In this document: in pieces, positions 26,600-35,379 of the stretch
Position numbering within the stretch: position 1 is the first letter of the stretch
Layout of the letters: the number at the start of each line of letters is the position of its first letter
Virus record (IMG/VR): IMGVR_UViG_3300037452_000193
Span: 1-57,163 of that record
DNA: 57,163 bases
From: a virus
Taxonomy: Duplodnaviria; Caudoviricetes
Direction: 5' to 3' (one strand)
Position numbers and translations under genes: made by a program
Notes under the pieces: model-generated
The model's input: only the letters and a program-made list of their open reading frames with translations
What the model was told of the DNA's origin: nothing
Databases searched by the model: none

Positions 26600-27126
26600 A
26601 TTTCCTCGCCGTCGACACTGAGAGTGACCACGCCGAAGTAGAAGAGCGACGCGAACGCTTCGACGTCGTCCGATTCCTGATTTAGCGGCTCAGTCCACGG
26701 CTTGAACCAATCTTGATACTTGTACCGGGCACGCTCAACGTCGCCGTCCATAGTCGTGGTCACCAGCACGCGATCTGCCGGCCCACCGGTGCCAAGCAGA
26801 ATCGACCAGGTGACCTCACCGTGACGGGAGACGGTCTCAAGGGCGACGTCGAGCACCCCTTCGCGAAGTCTTTCCTCCACGCGCTCCCGGACGTCGTCGC
26901 TCTCAGTCAGGTTGCTAATTGCGAGTGCTGTGGCGATACCGTCGTCCGACATCTCCACCACCAGCCGATCGGCCAGGGCCTCCGCCCATCCGTCGTGGCC
27001 CATGGCGTCCGCCTTCTGGCGCAGCTCTTCGACATGCTCGATCTTGTCGCTGTCCGCCTCTCCGAATCTGCGCCCGTAGTATTCGCACGCTTCACGGTAG
27101 AACCGGTCTTCGGTCTCTTCGGTCAT
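26596..27126 (-). CDS. Acidic early phage protein
   Basis: ILLGTGGP......Y.YQDW motif. AAGGAAAG RBS. Confidence 0.7.
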   Translation of the reverse strand: MTEETEDRFYREACEYYGRRFGEADSDKIEHVEELRQKADAMGHDGWAEALADRLVVEMSDDGIATALAISNLTESDDVRERVEERLREGVLDVALETVSRHGEVTWSILLGTGGPADRVLVTTTMDGDVERARYKYQDWFKPWTEPLNQESDDVEAFASLFYFGVVTLSVDGEEI

Positions 27127-27159
27127 GGCTTTCCTTCCGTAGGGGTTTGTGTGCTCCAC

Positions 27160-27200
27160 TGTCTATACAGTGTGCGCCCATGCGGGCGAGGTGTCAATAC
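27160..27200 (-). promoter_or_regulatory. Leftward promoter with two TGTCNATAC sites
   Basis: TTGACA-17 nt-CACACT. Motif copies at 27160-27168 and 27192-27200. Confidence 0.65.
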
Positions 27201-27411
27201 GCTTAGGACAGTTCATCTCCCGGGGGAGCGAGTTGGGGCGGGGTCGATGCTCAGTCTCCTGCCTTGTGCGCCCTTGACCATGACTCTCCGTCGGCTTTGC
27301 AGCTGAGCCGGCCGGAGGAATCGCCACAGGTCTCGCAATGGGCGATCCAATGAGACCAGACACCGCGGCCGACTGGGACCACGCGGACCAGGTGCTCGGG
27401 GTAGTCGACCA

Positions 27412-27714
27412 TCACATCACACTGGCAAGGGCGGCGGCATCATCAGTCTGGACAAAGACCTCGCGGATATACCCGCACCCTGCCTCCTCCTCGAGCTGGC
27501 CACTGGCAAGCAGTGGCAAAAGCTCAGTGGCTGTGAACATGCGTCGGTCAGTCTCACCCTTGACCACAAACCGTGTACCTGGTGAGTGGTCGCGGACGAT
27601 ATGGACAAACCGGGCGCATCCTTCACACTGGCAGAGCCAGATACCACGCTGGCCCACCAGGTCGGCCCTGGTGGCCATCTCATGGCCCATGGTCAACATT
27701 GCGCCTTCATTCAT
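27412..27714 (-). CDS. Hypothetical protein, first gene of the leftward array
   Basis: AAAAGGAG RBS. Confidence 0.55.
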   Translation of the reverse strand: MNEGAMLTMGHEMATRADLVGQRGIWLCQCEGCARFVHIVRDHSPGTRFVVKGETDRRMFTATELLPLLASGQLEEEAGCGYIREVFVQTDDAAALASVM

Positions 27715-27771
27715 CGGCGCTCCTTTTCCGTAGGGGAATCGGCGCCCTCTTCGACGCCTTGTTGCCTCCTC

Positions 27772-27803
27772 ATTGTATAGACACACACACTCTCTGTCAA
27801 TAC
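27772..27803 (-). promoter_or_regulatory. Near-consensus sigma70 promoter with an inverted pair of TGTCNATAC sites
   Basis: TTGACA-17 nt-TACAAT. GTATAGACA-N11-TGTCAATAC. Confidence 0.8.
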
Positions 27804-28186
27804 ACATGAGACACCCCATCCCCCACCAGGCTCTAACACCGGTACTACGGTTCCCGAACTAGTCGGTCCGAAGCAATGCTCCCGACAGAACCGAAGAGCT
27901 CGAAGCTTTCGGGAACGCCAGCAAATCAAAGCGGCGAAAGGTTGCTGTCTAAATCTATATGACAGTGCAGAAAACGGGCCGCATTTGGCGTCTTCCGCCA
28001 CCCTTCCGGCGTGCTAGCTACCGCGAGCACTTTTCGGCCTCGCCCCACGACAAGCCGCTGACCAGGGATAACATACAGTCGCTACTATGTGTGCTCCGCA
28101 AGGCAGGCCGGCGGTGCTCAGGTATAGGCGATTTCCCCCTTTTTGTTTCTCCCATCCCCCGCTAAGTCGCCTATATCCCCCAACAC

Positions 28187-28492
28187 ATGACGGAGCCTCG
28201 AATCCCCCCTGGATCCGCCCGGCTGTGGCAATCTGAACCCGATGCCCGACGGGCCCTCTACGTCCTCTCCCTGTGGGCGTACCGTCGGTCTTGGGGTGCG
28301 GGGGTGAGGCGCTCAGCGGTACGCCAACTGCAGGGTTCTCCGCCGGGACCTGAGGTCTCCCCCCGTACCCCCACTAAGCGGGGGAACCGGCAGAAGATCG
28401 ACGAAGACGACGTCGCAACTGTGGGGTTCGAGGCTTGGTGCCGGGCCACCGGATACGATCCCTCGACCCGGACCTACAGGGAGCCAGCATGA
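28187..28492 (+). CDS. Hypothetical protein
   Basis: ATGA coupling to the next gene. No RBS evident. Confidence 0.4.
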   Translation: MTEPRIPPGSARLWQSEPDARRALYVLSLWAYRRSWGAGVRRSAVRQLQGSPPGPEVSPRTPTKRGNRQKIDEDDVATVGFEAWCRATGYDPSTRTYREPA

Positions 28493-29082
28493 TCGACTTC
28501 GAAGACGGGGCGGATCGGCCCCTGGCCACCGACAACGATGAGCTCGGGGTGCTGCGCAAGATCCTGGCTACGAACCGGGCCGCCCTCCTCGATCTGCAAG
28601 CCATCCGCACCACCCTCGCCGCCTTTCTGAAAGACTGGCTGGCGGTACAGGAAAACCCCAACCAGGCCGTGACTGCGGTCGTGACACCTCCAGGAGGACC
28701 AATGCCCCTGACCGTCGACTCCACCGGACAGTCCCTCATCCTCACCTTCGAGGACGACCACGGCGACGCCACCGCCCCTCCGAGCGGGGATGGCTCTGGA
28801 CTCGTGGTGACCCTCACCTCCGACAACCCGTCCGTGGCGTCGGTCGGCACCGCCGTCCAGGGCACGGATGCCGCCGGCAACGTGAATTACTCCGCCCCCC
28901 TGACCTTCGGGGTCGACGGGAGCTTCAACGCCGGGGCCACCGTGGCCAACACGTCAGGAGCCGCTCTCCTCGACGACGACGGGGTCACCCCCTTCGTGCA
29001 GCCCGCTTCGGTCCCGGTCACGGTGGCCGCAGGTCAGGCCACGACCGGTGACGTCTCCGAGGCCCCGGGTGGCACCGCCTGA
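28489..29082 (+). CDS. Protein with helical N-terminus and Ig-like C-terminal domain; internal start at 28702
   Basis: GGGAG RBS. TSDNPSVASV Ig-like motif. Internal AGGAGG-N4-ATG. Confidence 0.6.
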   Translation: MIDFEDGADRPLATDNDELGVLRKILATNRAALLDLQAIRTTLAAFLKDWLAVQENPNQAVTAVVTPPGGPMPLTVDSTGQSLILTFEDDHGDATAPPSGDGSGLVVTLTSDNPSVASVGTAVQGTDAAGNVNYSAPLTFGVDGSFNAGATVANTSGAALLDDDGVTPFVQPASVPVTVAAGQATTGDVSEAPGGTA

Positions 29083-29132
29083 TCCTGGGTTCGAGAGCCC
29101 GGGCCGTGGGTACGGCACCGGTGAAATGCTCA

Positions 29133-29181
29133 TGGTGGGGACGCCGCCGAACTCAGGCGTGACGGGCGGGAGAGACCGCCG
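29133..29181 (+). ncRNA. Candidate small structured RNA (pseudoknot plus hairpin) directly 5' of the tRNA
   Basis: GGTGG/CCGCC, ACGCC/GGCGT and GGCGG-GAGAGA-CCGCC pairings. Confidence 0.45.
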
Positions 29182-29185
29182 CCGA

Positions 29186-29258
29186 CGCAGGGTGGAGAAG
29201 TTGGTATCTCGCCTGGCTCATAACCAGGAGATCGCCGGTTCGAGTCCGGCCCCTGCCA
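29186..29258 (+). tRNA. tRNA-Met(CAT), initiator-like; CCA not encoded
   Basis: Cloverleaf: acceptor CGCAGGG/CCCTGCC with C1xC72 mismatch, D-stem GAGA/TCTC, anticodon arm CCTGG-CTCATAA-CCAGG, T-arm GCCGG-TTCGAGT-CCGGC. Confidence 0.92.
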
Positions 29259-29310
29259 CTCAATCGGGTCTGGTGGTCCGCCTCGGTGGGTTGGGGACCA
29301 AGGAGAGGGC

Positions 29311-29601
29311 CTACGCCGCCCTGCGCCGTAGATGCCTGACGAAGGCCCCGAAGCCGATCAGATAGGCGAGAACGAGCATCTCGAAGACCCACCACGTCCC
29401 CCCGTTGGCGAACCACCAGACGTGGTAGATCGTCCACCATGCCCAATGGATCACCTCGTAGACGGCGAGGATCCCCAGGCCGATGAAAAAGGCTTGGGCC
29501 AGGGTCTTTGCGACGAACCCGGCTCCCCACCACCACCAACCGACGGAGTAGTAGGCGAAGCCCCCCTTCCGTTGGTCGATCCAGACCCGGCGGTACCTCA
29601 C
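29311..29601 (-). CDS. Trp-rich membrane protein
   Basis: GTGA-coupled to the RHH gene. Two or three hydrophobic helices. Confidence 0.6.
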   Translation of the reverse strand: MRYRRVWIDQRKGGFAYYSVGWWWWGAGFVAKTLAQAFFIGLGILAVYEVIHWAWWTIYHVWWFANGGTWWVFEMLVLAYLIGFGAFVRHLRRRAA

Positions 29602-30131
29602 AGCTTCACCTTCCCCTTCAACTTGGCCCCGCAGAGCCGGCAGAACTCCAGGTCCATGACCTTGTTCCGCAGGGCGGGGGGATGGTCGCACTGCTCGGGG
29701 TCGACCCTCTTGTGGGTGACGGCCCTCTTGCGGCCACGGGGGGGTCTCGGGGGGCCAGGGGCGATGGGGGCCTGTCGCTTGGTCTCTGGAGCTCGGGGGT
29801 CCCGGCTCTTGCGGAGCTTCTCGAGGTAGTCGACGACCAAGGTGGAGACCGTGGTCCCGTTGGCATGGGCCGCCACTCTCCCTGCGTCCCAGGCCTCCTG
29901 ACTGCAGCGGAAAGCGCGAACCCGGGTCCCGGGGGACGGCGGCCGCATGATGCGAGGCTCTCCGTCGCGTCTCTTGCCGGTCTTGACCGTGATCTTCTTC
30001 CATGGGACTTTGGCGGCCAGGAAATCCTGGACCAGGGCTGAAACGGTCGTGTCGAAGTGGGCAGCGACGGCCTGAGCGTTCTCCCACACCTCATCAGTGG
30101 TGCGGATGTTCCGAATCGGGGTACTGGCCAC
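29598..30131 (-). CDS. Tandem ribbon-helix-helix DNA-binding protein with C-terminal zinc finger; candidate repressor
   Basis: TPIRNIRTTDEVWENA...TTVSALVQDFL and TRVRAFRCSQEAWDAG...TTVSTLVVDYL, then CDHP...FCRLCG. GAGGAG RBS. Confidence 0.78.
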   Translation of the reverse strand: MASTPIRNIRTTDEVWENAQAVAAHFDTTVSALVQDFLAAKVPWKKITVKTGKRRDGEPRIMRPPSPGTRVRAFRCSQEAWDAGRVAAHANGTTVSTLVVDYLEKLRKSRDPRAPETKRQAPIAPGPPRPPRGRKRAVTHKRVDPEQCDHPPALRNKVMDLEFCRLCGAKLKGKVKL

Positions 30132-30143
30132 GGGGCTCCTCTC

Positions 30144-30195
30144 TGTCGATACGTTCGTATCTACAGTGCACCCGCGACTGTATCTCTGTCAATAC
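30144..30195 (-). promoter_or_regulatory. Promoter region of the RHH gene with two TGTCNATAC sites
   Basis: TGTCGATAC at 30144-30152 and TGTCAATAC at 30187-30195 (contains TTGACA on the minus strand). Confidence 0.65.
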
Positions 30196-30206
30196 AGGAG
30201 CCGGCC

Positions 30207-30656
30207 ATGCCCGACGACGAAGAAGAGACGATCACCGTTTTGGTCCCGGCCATTCCCAGCGCGGTCGTCAACGGGGCGTCGAACCGGGCCATCACCACCG
30301 CCATCGCGGAGGACCTCTGCGAGCAGCTCATCGGCATCTATCCCTGGGTGCTCGAGTGCGACGCGGTGGCCATCGAGCAGTATTGCCGGGCCGAAGCCAG
30401 GGCACGCCTGCTCGACGACTACTGCATGAGGAAGGCCGAAGCGGAGGGGCCGGAGTGCGTCGCCCCGCATATGTGGTCAGAGGCTTCGAAGGCGGAGACC
30501 AACGCCATGCGGGCCGCTGAGGCCCTGGGCCTGACCCCGGCCGGCCGCGGGAAGATCATGAAGGACGCCGGCATCTTCGCCTCGAGCTTCAACACCGAGG
30601 GTGTCCAGGGGCTCCGGGCCGTCGGCGCCGAGATTCGCCGTCGGCGGGGAGCGTGA
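30207..30656 (+). CDS. terS: Terminase small subunit (P27-like)
   Basis: D...IEQYC...LGLTPAGRGKI. AGGAG RBS. Directly upstream of TerL. Confidence 0.82.
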   Translation: MPDDEEETITVLVPAIPSAVVNGASNRAITTAIAEDLCEQLIGIYPWVLECDAVAIEQYCRAEARARLLDDYCMRKAEAEGPECVAPHMWSEASKAETNAMRAAEALGLTPAGRGKIMKDAGIFASSFNTEGVQGLRAVGAEIRRRRGA

Positions 30657-32230
30657 GCCAGGAAGCTCTCGACCTCCTCTTCGGCATGGTGCTGGAGGAC
30701 GGTCGGAGGTGGGGCGATGCGGCGGCCGACTTCCAGATCGAGGATGCCAAGGCGATCCTCCTCAATGAACGCCCCGACCCGACCTGGCACTTCCTCACCC
30801 GTGCTCGGGGCGGGTCGAAATCGACCGACGTCGGAGCCATTTCCATCGCCTGGCTGGTGGAGGACGCCCCTCCGCTCTCGAACGGCCATATCGTCGCCGC
30901 CTCCACAGACCAAGCCTCGATCGTCATTGATGCGGCCCACGGGCTGATCGCGCGCACCCCTGAGCTCGCGGATGCTCTGGTGGCCGAATCCGTCCGCCTC
31001 CGGGCCCCGAACGGCGCCTGGGTCGAGGTACTGGCTCAATCCGACTCCGGAGCCTGGGGCTTGCGCGACGCCCGCCTGATCGTGGCCGACGAGTTCTGCC
31101 AATGGCCGGAGACCCGTGGAGCGAAGCGGGTGTGGCAGGCCCTCCAATCGGCGGCTCCGAAGGTCCCGAACTGCAAGCTCATCGCCATGTCCTCGGCGGG
31201 CGAGCCCTCTCATTGGACGCGCGACGTCCTCGAGAAGGCGCAGACCAACCCCCTGTGGCGAGTGAACGAAGTTCCCGGTCCTGTTCCTTGGCTCAATGCG
31301 GAGGAGCTCGAGGCCCTCAAGTGGGACCTCCCCCCCTCCGCCTACGAGCGCCTCGTTCTCAACATCTGGTCCGAGGCCGAAGATCGAGCCGTATCTGAGG
31401 AGGACTGGAACTACGCGGCCCGGGACTACTCCTCCCTGAGCCCTCAGCCCAACATCCGCTACATCATCGCCGTGGACATCGGCATCCTGAACGACGCCTC
31501 GGTCATGGTGATTGCTCACAAGGAGCCGATTGATGACCAAGCTCGCTTTGGGCCTCATCGAGTTGTGGTCGACCACGTCGAGCGATGGAAAGGCTCCAAG
31601 AAGAAGCCGATCAACCCCTCGGACGTCGAGGACTGGCTGGTGCAGCAGGCGCCGCGGTGGAACCGGGCCACGGTCTACGCCGACCCCGACCAGTTCCGAG
31701 GCAACGTCCTCAACCTCAACCGACGCGGAGTGCGGGCCAAGGAGTTCCCTTTCACGGCCACGTCGGTGGGGACGGTGGCGACGGCCCTGGTCCAGACCTT
31801 CCGCAGTCGACAGATCTACGTCCCCGCCCGGCCGCCGGCCGGCCCGGTCCTGAAAGACGAGCTCCTCCGGGTCCGCCTGCGTGAATCCGCCCCCGGAGTA
31901 ACGCGGCTCGACCACGACCGCGGCGGGCACGACGACCAGGCCGTGACCGTCGGGATGGCCTGCAAGCTCCTGTTGGGCAACGCCGGGGCCATTGGTGCAA
32001 ACTTTCGTGAATTCATGATTCGCGATAGTGAGCGCCAGCTCCAAAAGCGGACTGAGCGCGGTCGGCAGGACGATGCCAAGTCTCGGCTCGAGCGGCGCAT
32101 GAACAATCGGAGAGAGGTGGTGCGCAGGACGCGCCGCCGGGAGCGCGAGGAGTGCCTCCACCGTTGGAGCCCGGACGGCTCCTACTGCGTGTTCTGCTTC
32201 ACGCCGAAGCCCGAAGAGGTCCCCGTCTGA
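30653..32230 (+). CDS. terL: Terminase large subunit
   Basis: RARGGSKS P-loop variant, LIVADE Walker B, SSAG, AVDIG..ND nuclease motif and HDD. Confidence 0.9.
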   Translation: MSQEALDLLFGMVLEDGRRWGDAAADFQIEDAKAILLNERPDPTWHFLTRARGGSKSTDVGAISIAWLVEDAPPLSNGHIVAASTDQASIVIDAAHGLIARTPELADALVAESVRLRAPNGAWVEVLAQSDSGAWGLRDARLIVADEFCQWPETRGAKRVWQALQSAAPKVPNCKLIAMSSAGEPSHWTRDVLEKAQTNPLWRVNEVPGPVPWLNAEELEALKWDLPPSAYERLVLNIWSEAEDRAVSEEDWNYAARDYSSLSPQPNIRYIIAVDIGILNDASVMVIAHKEPIDDQARFGPHRVVVDHVERWKGSKKKPINPSDVEDWLVQQAPRWNRATVYADPDQFRGNVLNLNRRGVRAKEFPFTATSVGTVATALVQTFRSRQIYVPARPPAGPVLKDELLRVRLRESAPGVTRLDHDRGGHDDQAVTVGMACKLLLGNAGAIGANFREFMIRDSERQLQKRTERGRQDDAKSRLERRMNNRREVVRRTRRREREECLHRWSPDGSYCVFCFTPKPEEVPV

Positions 32231-35200
32231 TGCCTCGACTTCCTCGGTTGCGGTCACGCACTCCCGTGCTCGAGCCTGGCGAGCTCCTCACCCGGGCCAT
32301 CAAGGTCGCCACGAAGCCCGAGACGCTGGCGGAGTTCCGTCCCGAGGACCGTCGGAGCATCGACGAAGTGGCCCAGGCCCTCAAGGCCGGGGCGAACTGG
32401 ACCCCTCCGGGGACGAGCTCAGGGACGGTCGCCCAGTTGTCCCGGGCCCGGCCCGTGTCGGCCACGGTGCTGGCGCAACAGGCCCGTCAATCTCTGGCCC
32501 CGAGCTCGACCCTCACGCCGGCCCATATCGAGATCGCTCTTCGTGACCAAGGTCTCGACTGGGTGCAGCCCTTCGCTCCTGGCCGTCCCCTCACCCCGTA
32601 CTACGGCTACGACCGCCGGCCGCGCGAGCGCAACTACGAAGTCGGCCGCAACATCACGACGCAAACGCGTCCCGGACGCATCCCCTACGAGACCCTCAAG
32701 CACCTCATCGAGTCCTACGACGTGGCGATGATCTGCATGAGGCACGCCATCCAGGATCTTCGCTCGATGCGCGTCCGCTTCGAAGCCATGGATGGGTACG
32801 AAGAGAACCCGGTCAAAGAGATCGCCGCGGCCAAGGATTTCTGGCGGCGCCCCGATCGGAAGATCGACATCGAGACGGGCAAGCCCATCCCCAACACCGG
32901 GATGACGCTGCGCAACTGGCTGTGCAAGCACGCGACCGACGTGTGGCGGTTCGACTGCGGCTCCATGTATCGCCACCGCGACCGTGCCGGCCGGCTCCTC
33001 AGCCTTCCGATCCCCGACGGCACGCTCTTCGCGCCGATGCTCGACTACTTCGGTACGAATCCCTCGGGGGACGCTCCGGCTTTCCAGCAGTTCATCCAGG
33101 GAATCCCCTGGGACTGGATCCGGTGGGACGCTCTCATCTACGAGCCGATGTGGCCGCACACCGAGGATCCTTACGGTGTCGCGCCGATCGAGACGATCCT
33201 CGTCAACGCCAACACGGACATCCGGCTCCAGACGTACTTCCTCCAGTTCTTCACGACGGGCACCGTTCCAGAAGCGTTCGCCATCGCGCCCGAGGATCAG
33301 TCCGACCCCGACTCTCTTGCCGACTGGCAGGAGATGTACAACGACTGGTCCTACGGCGACCAATCCGAGCGGTGGGGCCTCCGTTGGCTGCCCCACGACA
33401 CCGAGCTCGAGTTCTACAAGCCCCAGCAGTTCGACCCGGAAGTGGCCGAGTACGTCATGCGGCGCACGGTCGCGGCGTTCATGATGGTGCCCCACGACCT
33501 CGGTTTCACTGCCGACGTCAATCGGTCCACCGCTGATACGCAGATGGACACGCAGTTCCGGATCAACTCGCTGCCTCACGTCGCCTACTACGAGGACATC
33601 ATGGACGCGGTCACCCAGGAAGACCTGGGGCTGCCCGTCCAGATCCGCTTCGACACCGGTCGCGAGAAAGAAGACCGCCTCATGGAGGCGCAGGCCCACC
33701 AGATCTACGTTTCGATCGGGGCTGAATCGGCGGACGAGGTGCGGGACAAGGTTCTCGGCCATGCCATCAATCCCGAGGAGAAGGTCCCCCGCTTCTTCGA
33801 CTCGGTGCGCCTGGGCCCGATCCCCATCGCCTACCTGCTCGCCACCGCAGGAGATGTCGACCCCCTCACCGGTGCACCTCGTCCTGGGACGGTCCAAGCC
33901 CGCGACCTCGTGCTTCCAGGGACGCCGGGGCCCGACCCGGTGGCCGACCCGCCGAGCTCCAACTACCCCAACGCGGCTGGGCACGACCAGCAGCGCGAAC
34001 GGCAGGGGGTGATCGGTCCCCCAAAAGCCGCCGGCCCGCTCGTCCCCGGGCCCCTCTCACCAGAAGCCAGCAGAGGGCGAACCAACGGCGCGAGACCCGC
34101 GCCGAGAACCGGCGCCAATCCGCCGCGACCCCGAGGCGGAGCCGGCCCCGATCAGGGAACAGCGGCTAGGCGCACCCTCAAGGAAGCCACCGCGGGGGTG
34201 TCGCTGGCTACTGGCATTGCCGGTTCACCGGGCCTCATCCCGACCGAGGTGCCTGACGAGGACGAGATCACCGAGGACGTGCTCCGCTGGCGCCGTCAGT
34301 CGCGCAAGCGCGTGGCCAAGGGCAAGCCCCCGCGCCCCTTCGAAAACTCGGCCATCCCGAACGCTCTTCATTTCGAAGTATGGAAGAGCCTCCAGGAGGC
34401 GCGAACCCGCGAGGCCGTCGACGAGGCGTTCTTCTCGGCCTTCCAGCCGTACCAGCCCTACGAGGAGACCGAGACCCGTCCCTTCTCCGGTCTGGCTCTT
34501 CGAGCCAAGGACACGGGCCGCGTGCTCATGGTCCAACGGGCCCCCGACCTCAGTGACCCAGCGGGTGGGTACTTCGAGTTCCCCGGCGGCCACGTCGACG
34601 AGGGCGAGAGCACCTACGACGGGTCCCTCCGCGAGTGGGAGGAAGAGACCGGCTGCAAGATGCCGCCGGGCGCCTGCCGCGTCTCGGGTTGGGAGTCGTC
34701 GAACGGCATCTACCGGGGCCACATTTGGGAGACCCCGGCCGAGTCCGACGTCGACCTGTGGGACCGTACCGAGGTCGAGAACCCGGACAACCCCGACCAG
34801 GACGAGGACCAGTTCGAAGCCATCGTCTGGATGAACCCAGGGCACATCTCCAACAACCCCGTGGTCCGCCCTGAGCTGCGTCTCGACAGCCAACTGGTCC
34901 AGGATGCCCTCAAGAAGGAGGCTGCGCCCAACCTGGCCGGCCTCGCCCTCGTCGCCGCTGACACCGATCGTGTCCTGATGGTCCAGCGGGGCAACAAGGA
35001 CGACGGCGGGGGAGCGCGCTTCGAGTTCCCCATGGGCCACCTCGACGGTGGGGAGAGCGCCCGGTCCGCCGCCCGTCGCGAGTGGCAGGAGGAGACCGGA
35101 GCCACCCTCCCCAAAGATGCCGAGGAGATCGGCACCTGGTCCCACGAGGACTTCCAGGGCTTCGTCTACCGCATCCCCAAGCAAGACAGCGTCAAGCTCG

Positions 35201-35355
35201 GGAACGCCGATGGGGACGAAATCTCGGCCATCTCCTGGCGCGACATCGACGACCTGGACGAGAAGGAGGTCCGGGACAAGGTCCGCGACCACCTCGACCA
35301 GTCGGAACCTCTCCTCGAGCAGGCCGAAAAGGACGGTGGTCCCCCAAAAGTGTGA
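32230..35355 (+). CDS. Portal protein fused to two C-terminal Nudix hydrolase domains
   Basis: Portal motifs (PYGVAPIE, FF..G.VP, AF.VP.DLG.T.DVNRST). Nudix boxes GGHVDEGE...REWEEETG and GHLDGGE...REWQEETG. Confidence 0.88.
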   Translation: MPRLPRLRSRTPVLEPGELLTRAIKVATKPETLAEFRPEDRRSIDEVAQALKAGANWTPPGTSSGTVAQLSRARPVSATVLAQQARQSLAPSSTLTPAHIEIALRDQGLDWVQPFAPGRPLTPYYGYDRRPRERNYEVGRNITTQTRPGRIPYETLKHLIESYDVAMICMRHAIQDLRSMRVRFEAMDGYEENPVKEIAAAKDFWRRPDRKIDIETGKPIPNTGMTLRNWLCKHATDVWRFDCGSMYRHRDRAGRLLSLPIPDGTLFAPMLDYFGTNPSGDAPAFQQFIQGIPWDWIRWDALIYEPMWPHTEDPYGVAPIETILVNANTDIRLQTYFLQFFTTGTVPEAFAIAPEDQSDPDSLADWQEMYNDWSYGDQSERWGLRWLPHDTELEFYKPQQFDPEVAEYVMRRTVAAFMMVPHDLGFTADVNRSTADTQMDTQFRINSLPHVAYYEDIMDAVTQEDLGLPVQIRFDTGREKEDRLMEAQAHQIYVSIGAESADEVRDKVLGHAINPEEKVPRFFDSVRLGPIPIAYLLATAGDVDPLTGAPRPGTVQARDLVLPGTPGPDPVADPPSSNYPNAAGHDQQRERQGVIGPPKAAGPLVPGPLSPEASRGRTNGARPAPRTGANPPRPRGGAGPDQGTAARRTLKEATAGVSLATGIAGSPGLIPTEVPDEDEITEDVLRWRRQSRKRVAKGKPPRPFENSAIPNALHFEVWKSLQEARTREAVDEAFFSAFQPYQPYEETETRPFSGLALRAKDTGRVLMVQRAPDLSDPAGGYFEFPGGHVDEGESTYDGSLREWEEETGCKMPPGACRVSGWESSNGIYRGHIWETPAESDVDLWDRTEVENPDNPDQDEDQFEAIVWMNPGHISNNPVVRPELRLDSQLVQDALKKEAAPNLAGLALVAADTDRVLMVQRGNKDDGGGARFEFPMGHLDGGESARSAARREWQEETGATLPKDAEEIGTWSHEDFQGFVYRIPKQDSVKLGNADGDEISAISWRDIDDLDEKEVRDKVRDHLDQSEPLLEQAEKDGGPPKV

Positions 35356-35379
35356 GACCCGGGCCCGGGGGGCACCGGG
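35343..35379 (+). other. Candidate -1 programmed frameshift signal (C CCA AAA plus downstream hairpin)
   Basis: X XXY YYZ heptamer in portal frame just before the stop. GC stem at 35358-35379. The -1 frame is the MuF ORF. Confidence 0.6.

Noticed and set aside
29186-29258. tRNA as an attachment site or host boundary
   Set aside because: Phage genes lie on both sides, there is no duplicated 3' fragment, and it is 23 kb from the recombinase.
29259-29340. HDV-like (theta) ribozyme after the tRNA
   Set aside because: Only a simple TGGTCC/GGACCA hairpin is evident, and I could not build the nested double pseudoknot.
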